A stretch of 32,000 nucleotides of DNA from Trichodesmium erythraeum IMS101 (GCF_000014265.1 NC_008312.1:6000001-6032000); one strand, 5' to 3'. Numbered from the stretch's first letter, positions 1 to 10,624 are shown. Notes: generated from the sequence alone by a model not told the origin. A program made the numbers and translations.

Positions 1-1252
1 CCTGGGGAACGGGTTGTTCGTAAATCATTATACCATATTGACCCAAATCCTGATAATTAGTAACATTGAGATATAGGTCAAAGTCACCTGCAGGCCAATC
101 ATATCCATATAGCGTTTCAGAATGGATAACATAAACATTTTCAGCATCATCCTCAGAAAGCCGAGCATTGGGCTGATCAGGTAAAAAATCACTGAAAGGT
201 TCAACGCCGCCAGGATCCAGGCCAATAATTCGATCCATTTCTACCCTTTGCCCAACTAGTCCAGCAATTTGAGCACCAAGACTGTGACCTACGAATGTTA
301 GCTTTTCAGGATTTACGTTATATCTTGTGATATATTCTACTATATCGTCAGTGATCTTGGAAAGGTTTGCCCGTGCCTCAGCATAATTCAAGGCCAGTGC
401 CTCGAGATTTATATCCAACTTGTAATTTTTTTCAGCCCAATCTACGAAAAGAATATTAGCATTTGGATCGTATTGGCGAATCGCTTTTGATAAGCTTGTT
501 TCCCTGCTTGTTTCCCTCTCACCATTAGAGATGTTGATGTTATTTTCTGGTATCCAACTATTTCCCGCTCCACGAGAGAATCCGTGTGTCACAAAATATG
601 TATTTTGTTCTTGATCAATTCTTCCTAATTTATCTCTTAAGTTATTGATATCAAGCTCACCCTTGTCCAAGACATGAAACCAAGTACCATCAATAATATC
701 ATTGCTACCACCAACCAAATCTATTGGAACAACGGTTCCTGGAAAGTTTTCGGTTTCTTTAACATCAAATTTTTTTGTTTCACTAACATCAAACAAGTAC
801 GACTCTTCTCCTGATAGTTCTGAAGTATCAAAGTATTTCTGACCATCAGAGATCGTAAAAGATTCTAATCCCCAGCCATCAATATCCAAGCTTTCTAAAT
901 CCGATGTTTCATCCCCTTCTAATACCCCATCGAACTTCCCATCGAATATCCCTGCTTTTTCTAACTCCAATAATACAGGACCCAACGTCACATCGCTTTC
1001 TGATAGAGGATCAAGCTTCTGACCGTTTTGTAATTTTAGACGAAACTCTACTGCTTCTAAATCGCCAATATTCAATTTTCCCAGATGAAAAGTTCTGTTT
1101 TGGTTTTTTTCCCATGGGATATCATCAAAGCTCGTAAGTTCCATATATTCAGTAGTGTTTTGACTACCGAACAGTTTTACCTCTACATCGTTACGTGTCC
1201 CACTCAAAGGACTAGACCCCGTTTCTATGTAAATACTGTAAAATTCAGTCAT
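1..1252 (-). CDS. PLAT/LH2 domain fused to pancreatic-lipase-family alpha/beta hydrolase (3' end lies beyond window edge)
   Basis: Absent from the ORF track because no stop lies in the window. ATG at 1252-1250. I read plus-strand triplets at 2,5,8...1250 and saw no tta/cta/tca, so the minus frame is open for 417 codons. N-term MTEFYSIYIETGSSPLSGTRNDVEVKLFGSQ fits the PLAT pattern (Y.v.v.TG...GT.a.V.i.L.G). The C-half has FVGHSLGAQIAG, IIGLDPGG and DAENVYVIHSE, collinear with pancreatic lipase IGHSLGAH / ITGLDPAEP / DAKFVDVIHTD. Confidence 0.8.
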   Translation of the reverse strand, partial: MTEFYSIYIETGSSPLSGTRNDVEVKLFGSQNTTEYMELTSFDDIPWEKNQNRTFHLGKLNIGDLEAVEFRLKLQNGQKLDPLSESDVTLGPVLLELEKAGIFDGKFDGVLEGDETSDLESLDIDGWGLESFTISDGQKYFDTSELSGEESYLFDVSETKKFDVKETENFPGTVVPIDLVGGSNDIIDGTWFHVLDKGELDINNLRDKLGRIDQEQNTYFVTHGFSRGAGNSWIPENNINISNGERETSRETSLSKAIRQYDPNANILFVDWAEKNYKLDINLEALALNYAEARANLSKITDDIVEYITRYNVNPEKLTFVGHSLGAQIAGLVGQRVEMDRIIGLDPGGVEPFSDFLPDQPNARLSEDDAENVYVIHSETLYGYDWPAGDFDLYLNVTNYQDLGQYGIMIYEQPVPQ

Positions 1253-1573
1253 GAGTTTATCCTTAAAACTACTTTTTTACTAGCAAATATAGATATCCTT
1301 TTCCTGGCGCCAGATTATAATCAGGAGATTATTGAAGTATACACTTCAAGTAACTAGCGTAGTTACTCAAACTAGCGTAAGAAGAATAACTACAAATTTA
1401 TTGCAATATACTCAACATTATAATATATTACAATTGATAACAAAAGGTAAGGCTTATTAATAATAACCTCTGGCTTATTAATCTTCGGGAAGGTTTATCC
1501 TGGGCTGATGCCTAATATCCAGAATTTACGCAAAATTTTCAGATTAGACAATATCTATAGTAGGGGTAAAAGG

Positions 1574-2731
1574 TAGTCCACAAACTAAGCACAGGACAAA
1601 AATTTTAAAACCCTATAAAAAATTAGCTATTTTGCTAGGTATATCAAAGAATATATTACGCCAAAAATCTAGACCATATGGAAAAAATTTGAGCTTTACC
1701 CCCATGTTTTTTTACCAGCATAGGACGATGCTCATCTAACCAAACACCTACTTGGTGTGCCCAAAACAGTATCAAAATTAATAAAAATATCATTTTAGTT
1801 AGACGTTCTGATTTAATTATATCAGTTGACTAAAGGTCAAAACCTATACTTTTGAAGCAACCAAACAACATTTCAATGTGCCAGCGATGAACATAACCAT
1901 AATATTGAATCCCACTTGCCCCTGGGCAAGCCCTAACTACAATTAACAGTTCTCCTAATTCCAACTTCAAAGCTGATACATACATACACATTCCCCAAAT
2001 ACAACGACGTTTAAACAAATTTCTAATTTCACTAATGGTGAAACTGCTAAAAACCACGAAAAAGCGAAATATTGGTCTCCACCACCAATTAAGCCTGTGT
2101 GAAAAATCCTGATAGAAAACCCCCAATTAGCAGAAAGATATTTAAACCATTGTTTGCCCACAAATTCTCTATCTGCTGTTAGATATCCTACTCTTTGGTA
2201 ACTAAACAATGGGGCAAATTTCTCTATCACATCTAGACCTTCTGCTGTTTGGGAATTTCCTTTTTTGGATAACATCTGCCCAACTATGGGAATTGCCAAA
2301 CCGTACTCAGCAATTCCTAACATGAGAATATTGTATGTATGTTTACCAACCTGCCATTGAGTTCGGTAATTACTCAAAACCAATTTTTGCGAGCAGTCCA
2401 TGATGACGATCACAGCCTGGACAAATTCCCTAGTATCTATGACAAAGTGGGAGAAAAACCTTTGTAGGTGTTTGTAATTAGAACTTACTTCAACATTAGA
2501 GGAAAATGCAGTTACTATTTGTGCTAAGTTAATATTTCTTGAAATACAGCCTAGATAAATAAAGGGATAAATTTAATTCTGGCTCCATGGCAAGAACAGT
2601 GGTAATTTAGAAGTTGTTTGTAGTCAACTAATCTCCCAAATGTTCAGGTTTCATGGAGATTATGGTTTAATTCTATGAACCTTTTCCTGTTCTATAAGTC
2701 AAGCTTTTTGTCCTGTGCTTAGGATAGACTA
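1574..2731 (-). mobile_element. IS4-family insertion sequence (~1.16 kb) with terminal inverted repeats and a decayed transposase
   Basis: Perfect 18-bp inverted repeat ctaagcacaggacaaaaa (1585-1602) / tttttgtcctgtgcttag (2705-2722), with an additional tagtc/gacta match further out (1574-1578 / 2727-2731). The repeats enclose the transposase reading frames. Confidence 0.75.
1656..2588 (-). pseudogene. IS4-family DDE transposase, inactivated by frameshifts and an in-frame stop
   Basis: Track ORFs 1967-2413 and 1830-2126 are consecutive parts of one protein in different frames (shift near 2100-2126). Upstream of 2413 the same frame, without an ATG, reads ISRNINLAQIVTAFSSNVEVSSNYKHLQRFF, and a candidate ATG (2588-2586, MEPELNLSLYLSRL) is in another frame. 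The C-terminal Y..RW.IE..F..K signature (YVHRWHIEMLFGCFKSIGFDL) is followed by an in-frame TAG (1832-1830). After that come 57 further sense codons (..ERLTKMIFLLILILFWAHQVG..) to TAA at 1658-1656. Confidence 0.8.
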
Positions 2732-2975
2732 TTAGAATATTTTTATTTGGTTAGCGATCGCTTATTGTAATTCCATGCATATTTCCTCCTTTGCTTCTAG
2801 TCTAGTCTTTATAAATATTTGGCAGCACCTCTGACAAAGCCAGAAGTACTACCTATCTTGGTATCGTTGATCTAGAAACAGTTTTGATGTGGCAGTGCTG
2901 GATATCCCGGACCTATCTAGTCTAGTCATTAAAAATCAGACAAAATTATCAACCTTCTGACTTTTGACTTCCAAC

Positions 2976-4025
2976 TTAAAAAAAACAAGCCATAGGAAAA
3001 ATTAGATATTCCAGGAAAAATAATTTCCAAATAAATTGATAAAAATCAGCGATCGCCTTTTTATCATGCAGATCTACCCTTTGACTAAACCACCACATTA
3101 TACCCAAAGCCAATAAATGACTAATCACCAAAAAAAATAAATTAACACTCGCCAACCAAACTACACCCACCATCACCATACCCAGATAGCAAAAAGTCAA
3201 TACCCACCTTGCCAAATTAAAAACAGCAAATGCTCCCAACTTAATCGTAAACGTATTAATATTATATTGACGGTCACCCTCAATATCTGGAATATCCTTA
3301 AAAATAGCAATAGCAAAAGTAAATACTATCACAAACAAAGTTAAAGCCCATACCGTCAGAGGAATTTCTGGAACCATCAAGCTTTTTTGAAGTAGAACAA
3401 CCTCACCCAACTCACCCATCCATTTAATTAAACCTCCTGAAACCTCCTCAACCTTTTCAAACCCCCAAACAAAGCTTAAAAATATACCCAAATTAACAAT
3501 AACTCCCCGCACAGTAAAAATACATAATGCGGCCAAAACAGGAAATCTTTTTAATCGAATAGGAGGTAAAGAATAAGCCGTACCAATTGCCAAACTTATC
3601 CCCACTGTACCCAACAAAAAAGGTCCCCCCAACCCGGCAAAACTCAAAGCCAAAATACCCGTTATTACCACAATTATTTGACCAGAAAAACGAGAAAACT
3701 CACCAGCAGCTATAGGGAGATGAGGCTTATTAATCCTATCTATTTCTATATCCTCTAATTGATTTAATCCTACTATATAAATATTTCCACATAAACAACT
3801 AATCCAAGTTATCAATAACAGAATTAAGCTGTATAAAAAAAAATATTTGTCAAAAAAATTAGAGCGATCGCCCATGGCAATTATATATAAAGCCAGCACA
3901 CTTAACGATGTACCAATAATCGTATGTGGGCGAGCAAACTTCCAAAAACTATAAAGCCATGGCACATATTTTTGTAGCCAATTCGTTGTAATTTTTCCCT
4001 GTTGAGAACCAGCAATTTTTCCCAT
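2976..4025 (-). CDS. hpt: Homogentisate phytyltransferase (UbiA-family prenyltransferase; tocopherol pathway, VTE2 / slr1736 type)
   Basis: 349-aa polytopic membrane protein. It carries two Asp-rich UbiA motifs, NQLEDIEIDRINKPHLPIAAGE and KDIPDIEGDRQYNINTF, and N-terminal FWKFARPHTIIGT, as in cyanobacterial and plant homogentisate phytyltransferases. Confidence 0.8.
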   Translation of the reverse strand: MGKIAGSQQGKITTNWLQKYVPWLYSFWKFARPHTIIGTSLSVLALYIIAMGDRSNFFDKYFFLYSLILLLITWISCLCGNIYIVGLNQLEDIEIDRINKPHLPIAAGEFSRFSGQIIVVITGILALSFAGLGGPFLLGTVGISLAIGTAYSLPPIRLKRFPVLAALCIFTVRGVIVNLGIFLSFVWGFEKVEEVSGGLIKWMGELGEVVLLQKSLMVPEIPLTVWALTLFVIVFTFAIAIFKDIPDIEGDRQYNINTFTIKLGAFAVFNLARWVLTFCYLGMVMVGVVWLASVNLFFLVISHLLALGIMWWFSQRVDLHDKKAIADFYQFIWKLFFLEYLIFPMACFF

Positions 4026-4202
4026 AATTACCTGTGAAATTATTTAAATTTAAAGTTCTTAGTGAAACCAAGAGAAAAGACATTAAAAAACTCACTAAAT
4101 TTCTTAGCAGAAATCACCCTTTTTATCAAGAAAACAATAACAGTAACAATTAAGCTAAATACTGAAAGCTTGCTAAAAAAACATGCATATTTTCAAGTAG
4201 TT

Positions 4203-4223
4203 CAGAACTCAGGAGTCAAGAAT
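4203..4223. repeat. Heptamer tandem repeat (CAGAACT-type, 3 degenerate units)
   Basis: cagaact caggagt caagaat read directly. Same family and phase as 20256-20276, and the reverse complement of 28822-28856. Confidence 0.5.
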
Positions 4224-4457
4224 AATGGAAAGTAATTAAGATGTAGTCAGATATATTTTCCCTGATATCCCTCTGCCGTAGTCAGCCCAAAATACTAACA
4301 TTTGTGAGCTTTTTAGGCTGAAAATATTGCATTTTTTTCACACAAAAATATACTTGCCAATATCAGTCAATACTTTAATAATTAATCAGGAAATTCTACT
4401 GAATTATTATTACTTACTGATGACTTATTTATTTCTATAAATATGACTTTTTTAACC

Positions 4458-5156
4458 TTAATTCGGCAAGCGATTAATATCTTGATTAGAACCAAGTACA
4501 ACTATTATTCTTCCTTTTTTTAAAATTGTACTTGGCTTAGGATTAATTGTAAATTTTTTATCTTGAGAATTGATTGCTAATAAATTCAAACCATATTTAT
4601 TCCGTATTTGTAAATCAGCAATAGTTTTACCATCAAACTTATCCGGTACAACAGTTTCTACGATACTATGTTCTGGGCCAATATCAAATTGATCGATTAC
4701 TTTAGGCTTAGTTAATAATCGTGCCACTTCACAACCCATTTCTTTTTCTGGAAATACCACATAATCTGCTCCAACCTTTTCCAAAAGTTTTCTATGAGTT
4801 TCAGAAGAAGCTTTAGCTACCACAGACTTAATCCCCAATTCTTTAAGATTTAGAGTAGTAATAATACTTTCTGCCAAATAATTACCAATTGCCACAATTA
4901 CTGTATCAAAGTCTAAAACACCAGCCTGTTTAATCGCATTAATTTCTGTCGAATCTAATTTAAAAGCATGAGAAGAAATTTCATCAGCTATAGCCCGATT
5001 TACCATTTTTTCTTCTTTATCAATAGCCAACACTTCATAGCCTAAATTATGTAATGTTTCACAAACAGCTCTACCAAATCTGCCTAAACCAATTACAGCA
5101 AATTGTTTATTTTCCGGGCGCAAATTTTGCCAAAAATTCCAAGATGATAATTTCAC
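4458..5156 (-). CDS. ktrA: K+ uptake system peripheral NAD-binding subunit KtrA (TrkA-N + TrkA-C)
   Basis: 232 aa. Rossmann motif FAVIGLGRFGRAV near the N-terminus, followed by a TrkA-C-like half. GTG start at 5156-5154. Same strand as the ktrB gene upstream. Confidence 0.8.
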   Translation of the reverse strand: MKLSSWNFWQNLRPENKQFAVIGLGRFGRAVCETLHNLGYEVLAIDKEEKMVNRAIADEISSHAFKLDSTEINAIKQAGVLDFDTVIVAIGNYLAESIITTLNLKELGIKSVVAKASSETHRKLLEKVGADYVVFPEKEMGCEVARLLTKPKVIDQFDIGPEHSIVETVVPDKFDGKTIADLQIRNKYGLNLLAINSQDKKFTINPKPSTILKKGRIIVVLGSNQDINRLPN

Positions 5157-6415
5157 TATAATTCAGGGTTATACTTGGTTTAATAGCCAAGAAAACTCTG
5201 CCTCCAAATATATACTTTTAGATTTTACCAATTAAATAAAAAAATTGAACAACTGAATTTATAAAATTAGTTATTCCTAATTTTGTTTTAGTTTTAGCAT
5301 AACCATTAATAAATCCAATAATCTTATTACATACTTATTAAATTAAAAAAAATCATCGCTAATAGCTATAATTTATGATCCTGTTAATCTACTTAATATT
5401 GAAGTTTACAATCAAATAAAATCCTGATATTAAGTCTCATTAATTAGGCATAATAAAAAAAAATGATTACATAAACTGCTTCCAATTAGCAATTGCCAAT
5501 TTCCAAATAATTGCCGAGAGTTAATAAAAAAAATATCACATTATATATCCCCAAAATCACAATAGCTTTTACCCCTATTTTATAACATTTATTAAATGTA
5601 TAAACTTACGTTAATTTTATCTTTTTGGATAGAATTTAAAAACCAAAAAATCACTCAAAAATGAATTTTAAACTTTTACTTTATCCTTTAGACTATGCTT
5701 TAAAAAAATCTTTATTCACATAAAAATTGATAAAAGAGAATAATTATAGATTGGCAATTAATTCCAAATCCAGTTTTTCAAGTTACTTTATAAAAAATTA
5801 CTTCTTTTTTTTTCATTAGTAGACTATAAAAATAACAAGTGCATAAAAACAAAATTTCCAATAAATAAATATTTAGTAAAATTGACTGATATCCTCCCCG
5901 ACTGTCATACCATTTATCAAAAAAAAATATAAATTTTCTTGAGTAGGAAACTAGAGAAATAGGAAATTCAAAAAGAAATAAATATAATAATAATAATTAA
6001 CATTAACTTGGGTAAAGAGAGTCAAAAAAGTTATTTATTTTATATTAATTATTTACAGCATATTTCGGGCAAATGATGTAAAGGGTCAATAGTGAAAATT
6101 ATGTACTATAGGTATCTTACCCGGGTAGCTATAACTTATAACAATCGAAAGCCCTATAATAACTAAATTTTTACAAAAAGTTAGCATTAATGCACAATAA
6201 TTGGTATTAGATACAGGGGCTTCTTAGGAGCCGAAGCCCAAGGGGAAGAGTAAAAATAAATTTTTTCTGCCAGAGGTGAGAGATCATTCTTTACCCTTTC
6301 TCCCATCTTCCTATCCCCCTATCATAAAAGAATTTTAAGAAACTAATAATGGATAGATATAGTAGGTATTAACTTTTAATTTAACCCTAGTACTACATAA
6401 TCTAAAATAAAATAA

Positions 6416-7747
6416 TTATACAAATAAATTTTCCTCTGGATATTCAACCGCACTAGGTTTTTGTTGCGCAAAAACAGTAGAAACCAACAATAATACACCC
6501 ACTCTACCTATATACATTATTGTAATTAAAACTAATTGTCCTGGAATTGTAAAATTAGAAGTCACCCCTTTAGATAAACCCACCGTAGCAAAAGCAGATA
6601 CAACCTCAAAGAAAATCTCAGTCAATTCTAACTGTCGGTCAGTAAATGCAATTACAGTAGTAGCAAAAACCACTAATAAACTTGATGCAAAAACTATACC
6701 AATAGCCTTAATAATAACTATCATAGGAATCTTGCGTTGATAACATAATACTTCATCCCTACCTTGTAGAGCTGCTTTAGTACTATTAAATAATATAGTA
6801 AAAGTTGTAGTTTTAATACCTCCTCCAGTGCTACCCGGACTAGCACCAATAAACATTAAAGCAATTGTCAAAAACAAACCAGCATCAGTAAAATTATCAA
6901 TATCAATAGTATGAAAACCAGCAGTTCTAGTAGTAACAGATTGAAACCAAGCAGCAATTAATTTTTCCCCTAAATTTAAATTTTCTAGAGTATTAGGATT
7001 ATGAAATTCAGCAATAAAAAACGCAATCAAACCAACTATTAACAGAAAAATAGTAGTACTAGTAACTACTTTAAAATGTAGAGAAAAAGAGTGAAAAGCT
7101 TGTTTTCCTTGGCAACGATCTTTAACCCATGAATACATTTCCATAATCACCTGATAGCCCAATCCACCAAATATAATCAAACCAGTAATCACAAAATTTA
7201 GTAAAGGAGACTTTACAAATTGAACAAAGCTATCCGAATACAAACTAAAACCAGCATTATTAAAAGAATTAACACTATGAAAAATAGAATACCAAAGACC
7301 TTCTTGAAAGCCATAAATTGGCACAAAAACTAACAATAATAACAAAATACCAGTCAACTCAAACACAATTGTTGTTGCTAAAATTGACTTAATTAAACCC
7401 TCCACACCTGCTAGTCCCACCTGTTCCAAAGATTGCTGAACAGCAACTTTTTGCCGAAGACCAAATTTATGACCCAGCAACAACAAAAGAACAGTCGTAG
7501 CAGTCATATAACCCAAAGCTCCAATTTGAACCAATAATAACAGGAATAACTGTCCCCAAAATGAATAATATTCCCCCACATTTACAACAGATAGTCCAGT
7601 TACACAAACAGCAGAAGTAGCTGTAAATAAAGCAGTTACAGGATGACTCCAATTCCCATTACTCATAGAGATAGGTAGCATTAGTAATATACTGCCAATA
7701 GTAATGACAATAACAAAGCCTTGACAAATCCTTCGAGCTACAGTCAT
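6416..7747 (-). CDS. ktrB: K+ transporter membrane subunit KtrB (TrkH/KtrB family)
   Basis: 443-aa multi-pass membrane protein with four pore-loop-like glycine motifs spaced along it (CVTGLSV, NNAGFSL, RTAGFHT ... GSTGGGIKTTT, ATVGLSKG), typical of the TrkH/KtrB fold. Confidence 0.85.
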   Translation of the reverse strand: MTVARRICQGFVIVITIGSILLMLPISMSNGNWSHPVTALFTATSAVCVTGLSVVNVGEYYSFWGQLFLLLLVQIGALGYMTATTVLLLLLGHKFGLRQKVAVQQSLEQVGLAGVEGLIKSILATTIVFELTGILLLLLVFVPIYGFQEGLWYSIFHSVNSFNNAGFSLYSDSFVQFVKSPLLNFVITGLIIFGGLGYQVIMEMYSWVKDRCQGKQAFHSFSLHFKVVTSTTIFLLIVGLIAFFIAEFHNPNTLENLNLGEKLIAAWFQSVTTRTAGFHTIDIDNFTDAGLFLTIALMFIGASPGSTGGGIKTTTFTILFNSTKAALQGRDEVLCYQRKIPMIVIIKAIGIVFASSLLVVFATTVIAFTDRQLELTEIFFEVVSAFATVGLSKGVTSNFTIPGQLVLITIMYIGRVGVLLLVSTVFAQQKPSAVEYPEENLFV

Positions 7748-8575
7748 TGCAATTTTTTAGTATGTATGTTTACATTTTTAGCTTGATCCCCTGTTAGGGT
7801 TAGCTCCTCCTTAAGAGGTAATACCTATTTCATCAACTTAAAACTTCAGTTGTAAAAGTAATAATTTCAAACTTGAAAGCCAAGATGTCAAATTATATTT
7901 AATCTAACTTGAGGAAATTGGTATAAGAGGCAAGAGATAGGGTCAGCATGAGATGAACACTGGATACAGGCCAGTGTAGCTTGATTTTCTATAAACCTTT
8001 TCAACACAAAATCCTGACTCTATCGCAACGCCACAAAAAGATGCAGTACTTTTCGTTGTTTAATAGTACAGTAATAACACTTAGCAAACCAATTTTTTAA
8101 ATGTTGAGGACTCGTTAACTTAAGTGTCGCTTCCAGATAATTATATCAACCATTTCTTTACTTTATTAGGCAAAAACTCCTTCAAAAATATTTCAACTAC
8201 TACCACCTTAATTTCTTAAGAATTAAAGTCCGGCGAATATACAGATAAATTTAAAACTTTTTATCCTATGGATTCTATTCCATGTTTAATTGATGCTAGT
8301 TTATTTGAAGGTAAATTATCCATCACAACTACATTTCTTATTTTATAGCGTAAGTCCTGTATATATTAAACTTGTATCACATAAATAAGAAGTGTACTTA
8401 ACCAATATTTTTATCTATAGACAAGTCAAAACCAAAATTAGTCTATAATTATAGCTACAAAGAAACATATCAAACTTCCCTTTTCAAAGAGATAAAAAAG
8501 AAAATTATGGTTTTCAAGTCTCTAGCTTAAGAGGTTAGTGCTGATCAGGTGATAACTGATAAGGTAATAACTGAA

Positions 8576-9457
8576 ATGACCTCAACTCTAATCGAAAAAA
8601 TTCAAAAATTCTATGATGCTTCCTCCAGTCTGTGGGAACAGGCATGGGGCGAACATATGCATCACGGTTACTATGGTCCAGATGGCAAACAGAAAAAAAC
8701 CAGGCGACAAGCTCAAATAGATATGATTGAGGAACTACTTCACTGGGGATCTGAAAATCAAGCATCAAGTTTATGGCCCCCTACCTCAATTCTTGATGTA
8801 GGTTGTGGCATCGGTGGTAGTACACTGTACTTAGCCGAAAAGTTTAACGCTACTGCTACTGGCATCACCCTTTCTCCTGTGCAAGCCAAAAGAGCTGAGG
8901 AACGTGCAGAGTCAGCTAACTTAAGTCAACAGACCAATTTTATAGTGGCAGATGCTTTAGATATGCCCTTTACTGATCAGTCTTATGATTTGGTTTGGTC
9001 TTTAGAAAGTGGAGAGCATATGCCTAATAAAAAGAAATTTTTGCAAGAATGTCATCGAGTATTGAAACCTGGTGGTAGGATAATTATGGCAACTTGGTGT
9101 CATCGTACACTAGATGGCTATTTAGGACAACTGACTGATGATGAACGCAGACACTTAGCTGACATTTATCGGGTTTATGCTTTACCTTATGTTATTTCTT
9201 TGTCAGAGTATGAAGCGATCGCCGAGAATATTAGCTTTCAAAATATCTCTATTGCTGACTGGTCAACTGCTGTTGCCCCCTTTTGGGATGTGGTAATTGA
9301 ATCAGCTTTTGACCCTAAAGTTATTGTTAGTTTACTCTTCAGTAATTGGACAACTATTCAAGCAGCTATTTCCCTAGAATTAATGAGCCGTGGCTATGAA
9401 CGAGGATTAATTAAATTTGGCCTCTTGCGTGGCAATAAACAATTAATAAATACTTAA
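8576..9457 (+). CDS. vte4: Gamma-tocopherol methyltransferase (VTE4 / slr0089 type SAM-dependent methyltransferase)
   Basis: LWEQAWGEHMHHGYYG, ILDVGCGIGGSTLYLAEKF, GITLSPVQAKRA, DLVWSLESGEHMPNKKKF and GGRIIMATWCHR occur in the same order as the plant/cyanobacterial gamma-TMT blocks (HMHHGFY, VDVGCGIGGSSRYLA, GITLSPVQAKRA, DLVWSMESGEHMPDK, GGRIIIVTWCHR). The track starts the ORF at GTG 8549. I prefer the in-frame ATG at 8576 (MTSTLIEKIQKFYD). Confidence 0.9.
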   Translation: MTSTLIEKIQKFYDASSSLWEQAWGEHMHHGYYGPDGKQKKTRRQAQIDMIEELLHWGSENQASSLWPPTSILDVGCGIGGSTLYLAEKFNATATGITLSPVQAKRAEERAESANLSQQTNFIVADALDMPFTDQSYDLVWSLESGEHMPNKKKFLQECHRVLKPGGRIIMATWCHRTLDGYLGQLTDDERRHLADIYRVYALPYVISLSEYEAIAENISFQNISIADWSTAVAPFWDVVIESAFDPKVIVSLLFSNWTTIQAAISLELMSRGYERGLIKFGLLRGNKQLINT

Positions 9458-9685
9458 CTTGATTTTCAGTTGGTATAAATCAGTAGAAAATTTATAAAAT
9501 TTTCATGAGATTACCCTTTACTTTACTTTGAATAAAATATCCTAAATGTTAATTTCTTAAATGTTAATTTAAGGTATGAAATATTAAATTATATACCCAT
9601 TTTCTTCTATATAGCTTAATTCATGGTTTTAATTAGAATTAAAAAATCAGATGGGATATTCTGAGATATTCTAATAAGTTTAATT

Positions 9686-9883
9686 ATGTTAGTTATTCTA
9701 ATAGAAAATCAGCTTTTGGCTCCTCAAAGAATTTGTCAAGGTTGTTTATTAGCATATCAAAGTAGTCAACTCCGTTGGAAAAGTGGTCAACTTAGCTGTA
9801 GTCATCTAGTTCCTAAATTAATAGAAACTAAACCAGGTCAGTATGAGTGTAAAATGGGTTTTCGTATTGACAGGATAGAATAA
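9686..9883 (+). CDS. Small Cys-containing hypothetical protein (65 aa)
   Basis: ATG-initiated track ORF with four Cys (CQGC ... C ... YEC). It stands alone in a long intergenic region. I could identify no family, so its coding status is uncertain. Confidence 0.35.
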   Translation: MLVILIENQLLAPQRICQGCLLAYQSSQLRWKSGQLSCSHLVPKLIETKPGQYECKMGFRIDRIE

Positions 9884-10063
9884 TTACTTTTGATTAGATT
9901 AATTCAAATTTTGTGGCATTTAGTCGTGACAAATATCATCGAAAATTCAACAGAAAATTTCTGGCTTGATTTATGTATAATCACCCTTAAAAGATTTCAA
10001 CCTGCTATTAAATTGCATAATTTTCTGAACTTAGCTTTGACCTAAAAAAGCAAGTGAAACCCT

Positions 10064-10094
<31 letters not shown>

Positions 10095-10624
10095 GGAGTT
10101 TATCGTTGCAACTTCGCTCATAAGAATTATTAAACAAGCTAATAGGAAGCTAATAGGGCATAAAAAAATTCTACTCAAAGCTTTGATTAAAGAACTTCCT
10201 ATCAATTGAAACCGCTAATTCCACAGTGAAATTATTTGGGTAATTAGATATAGTTGAGACCTTTTATATCAAGGTTGATTAAAGACCATGGCTCTCATAC
10301 AAGATATACTTGAGATGGAAGCTAATAATAATTGCAGTTTCTACAAATTTTGTGCTACTATAAAACTATAGTCAGGTACGTTTACTTATAATCTCAGTCT
10401 GTAAAAAGACCTTAAGAGAAAAAATTAAGATTAGCCAGGTAAGTAACTAATAAGACATAATAATAGGTCTTTAGGTTTGGCCACTTATTTCTTTTTTATC
10501 CAAGGGTAACCGAAGGGAAACGTGATTATTAAAGTCGTCAACTAAGTGTCGGAATTTACATAATTACTGCGCTATCCTGAATTTATATGTATTTGTATAT
10601 AACCAAATTTAGGAGAAGTCTATC

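Noticed and set aside
28-1357. Track ORFs 28-225 (-), 904-1137 (+) and 1085-1357 (+)
   Set aside because: All overlap the long open minus-strand lipase frame (1-1252), either out of frame or antisense. They have no recognisable motifs and are explained as shadow ORFs.
6217-6239. Hairpin gggcttc/gaagccc as the ktrB terminator
   Set aside because: It lies ~180 nt beyond the ktrB stop and has no U-tract on the minus-strand transcript. I keep it only as a note within the spacer finding.
7748-8000. Possible c-di-AMP (ydaO/kimA-type) riboswitch in the ktrB leader, since ktr genes are often under this riboswitch
   Set aside because: Reading the minus strand, I found only a loose agctaacc..gggga resemblance and none of the paired, pseudo-symmetric conserved blocks. 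That is not enough to call. An Infernal search with the Rfam ydaO-yuaA model would settle it.
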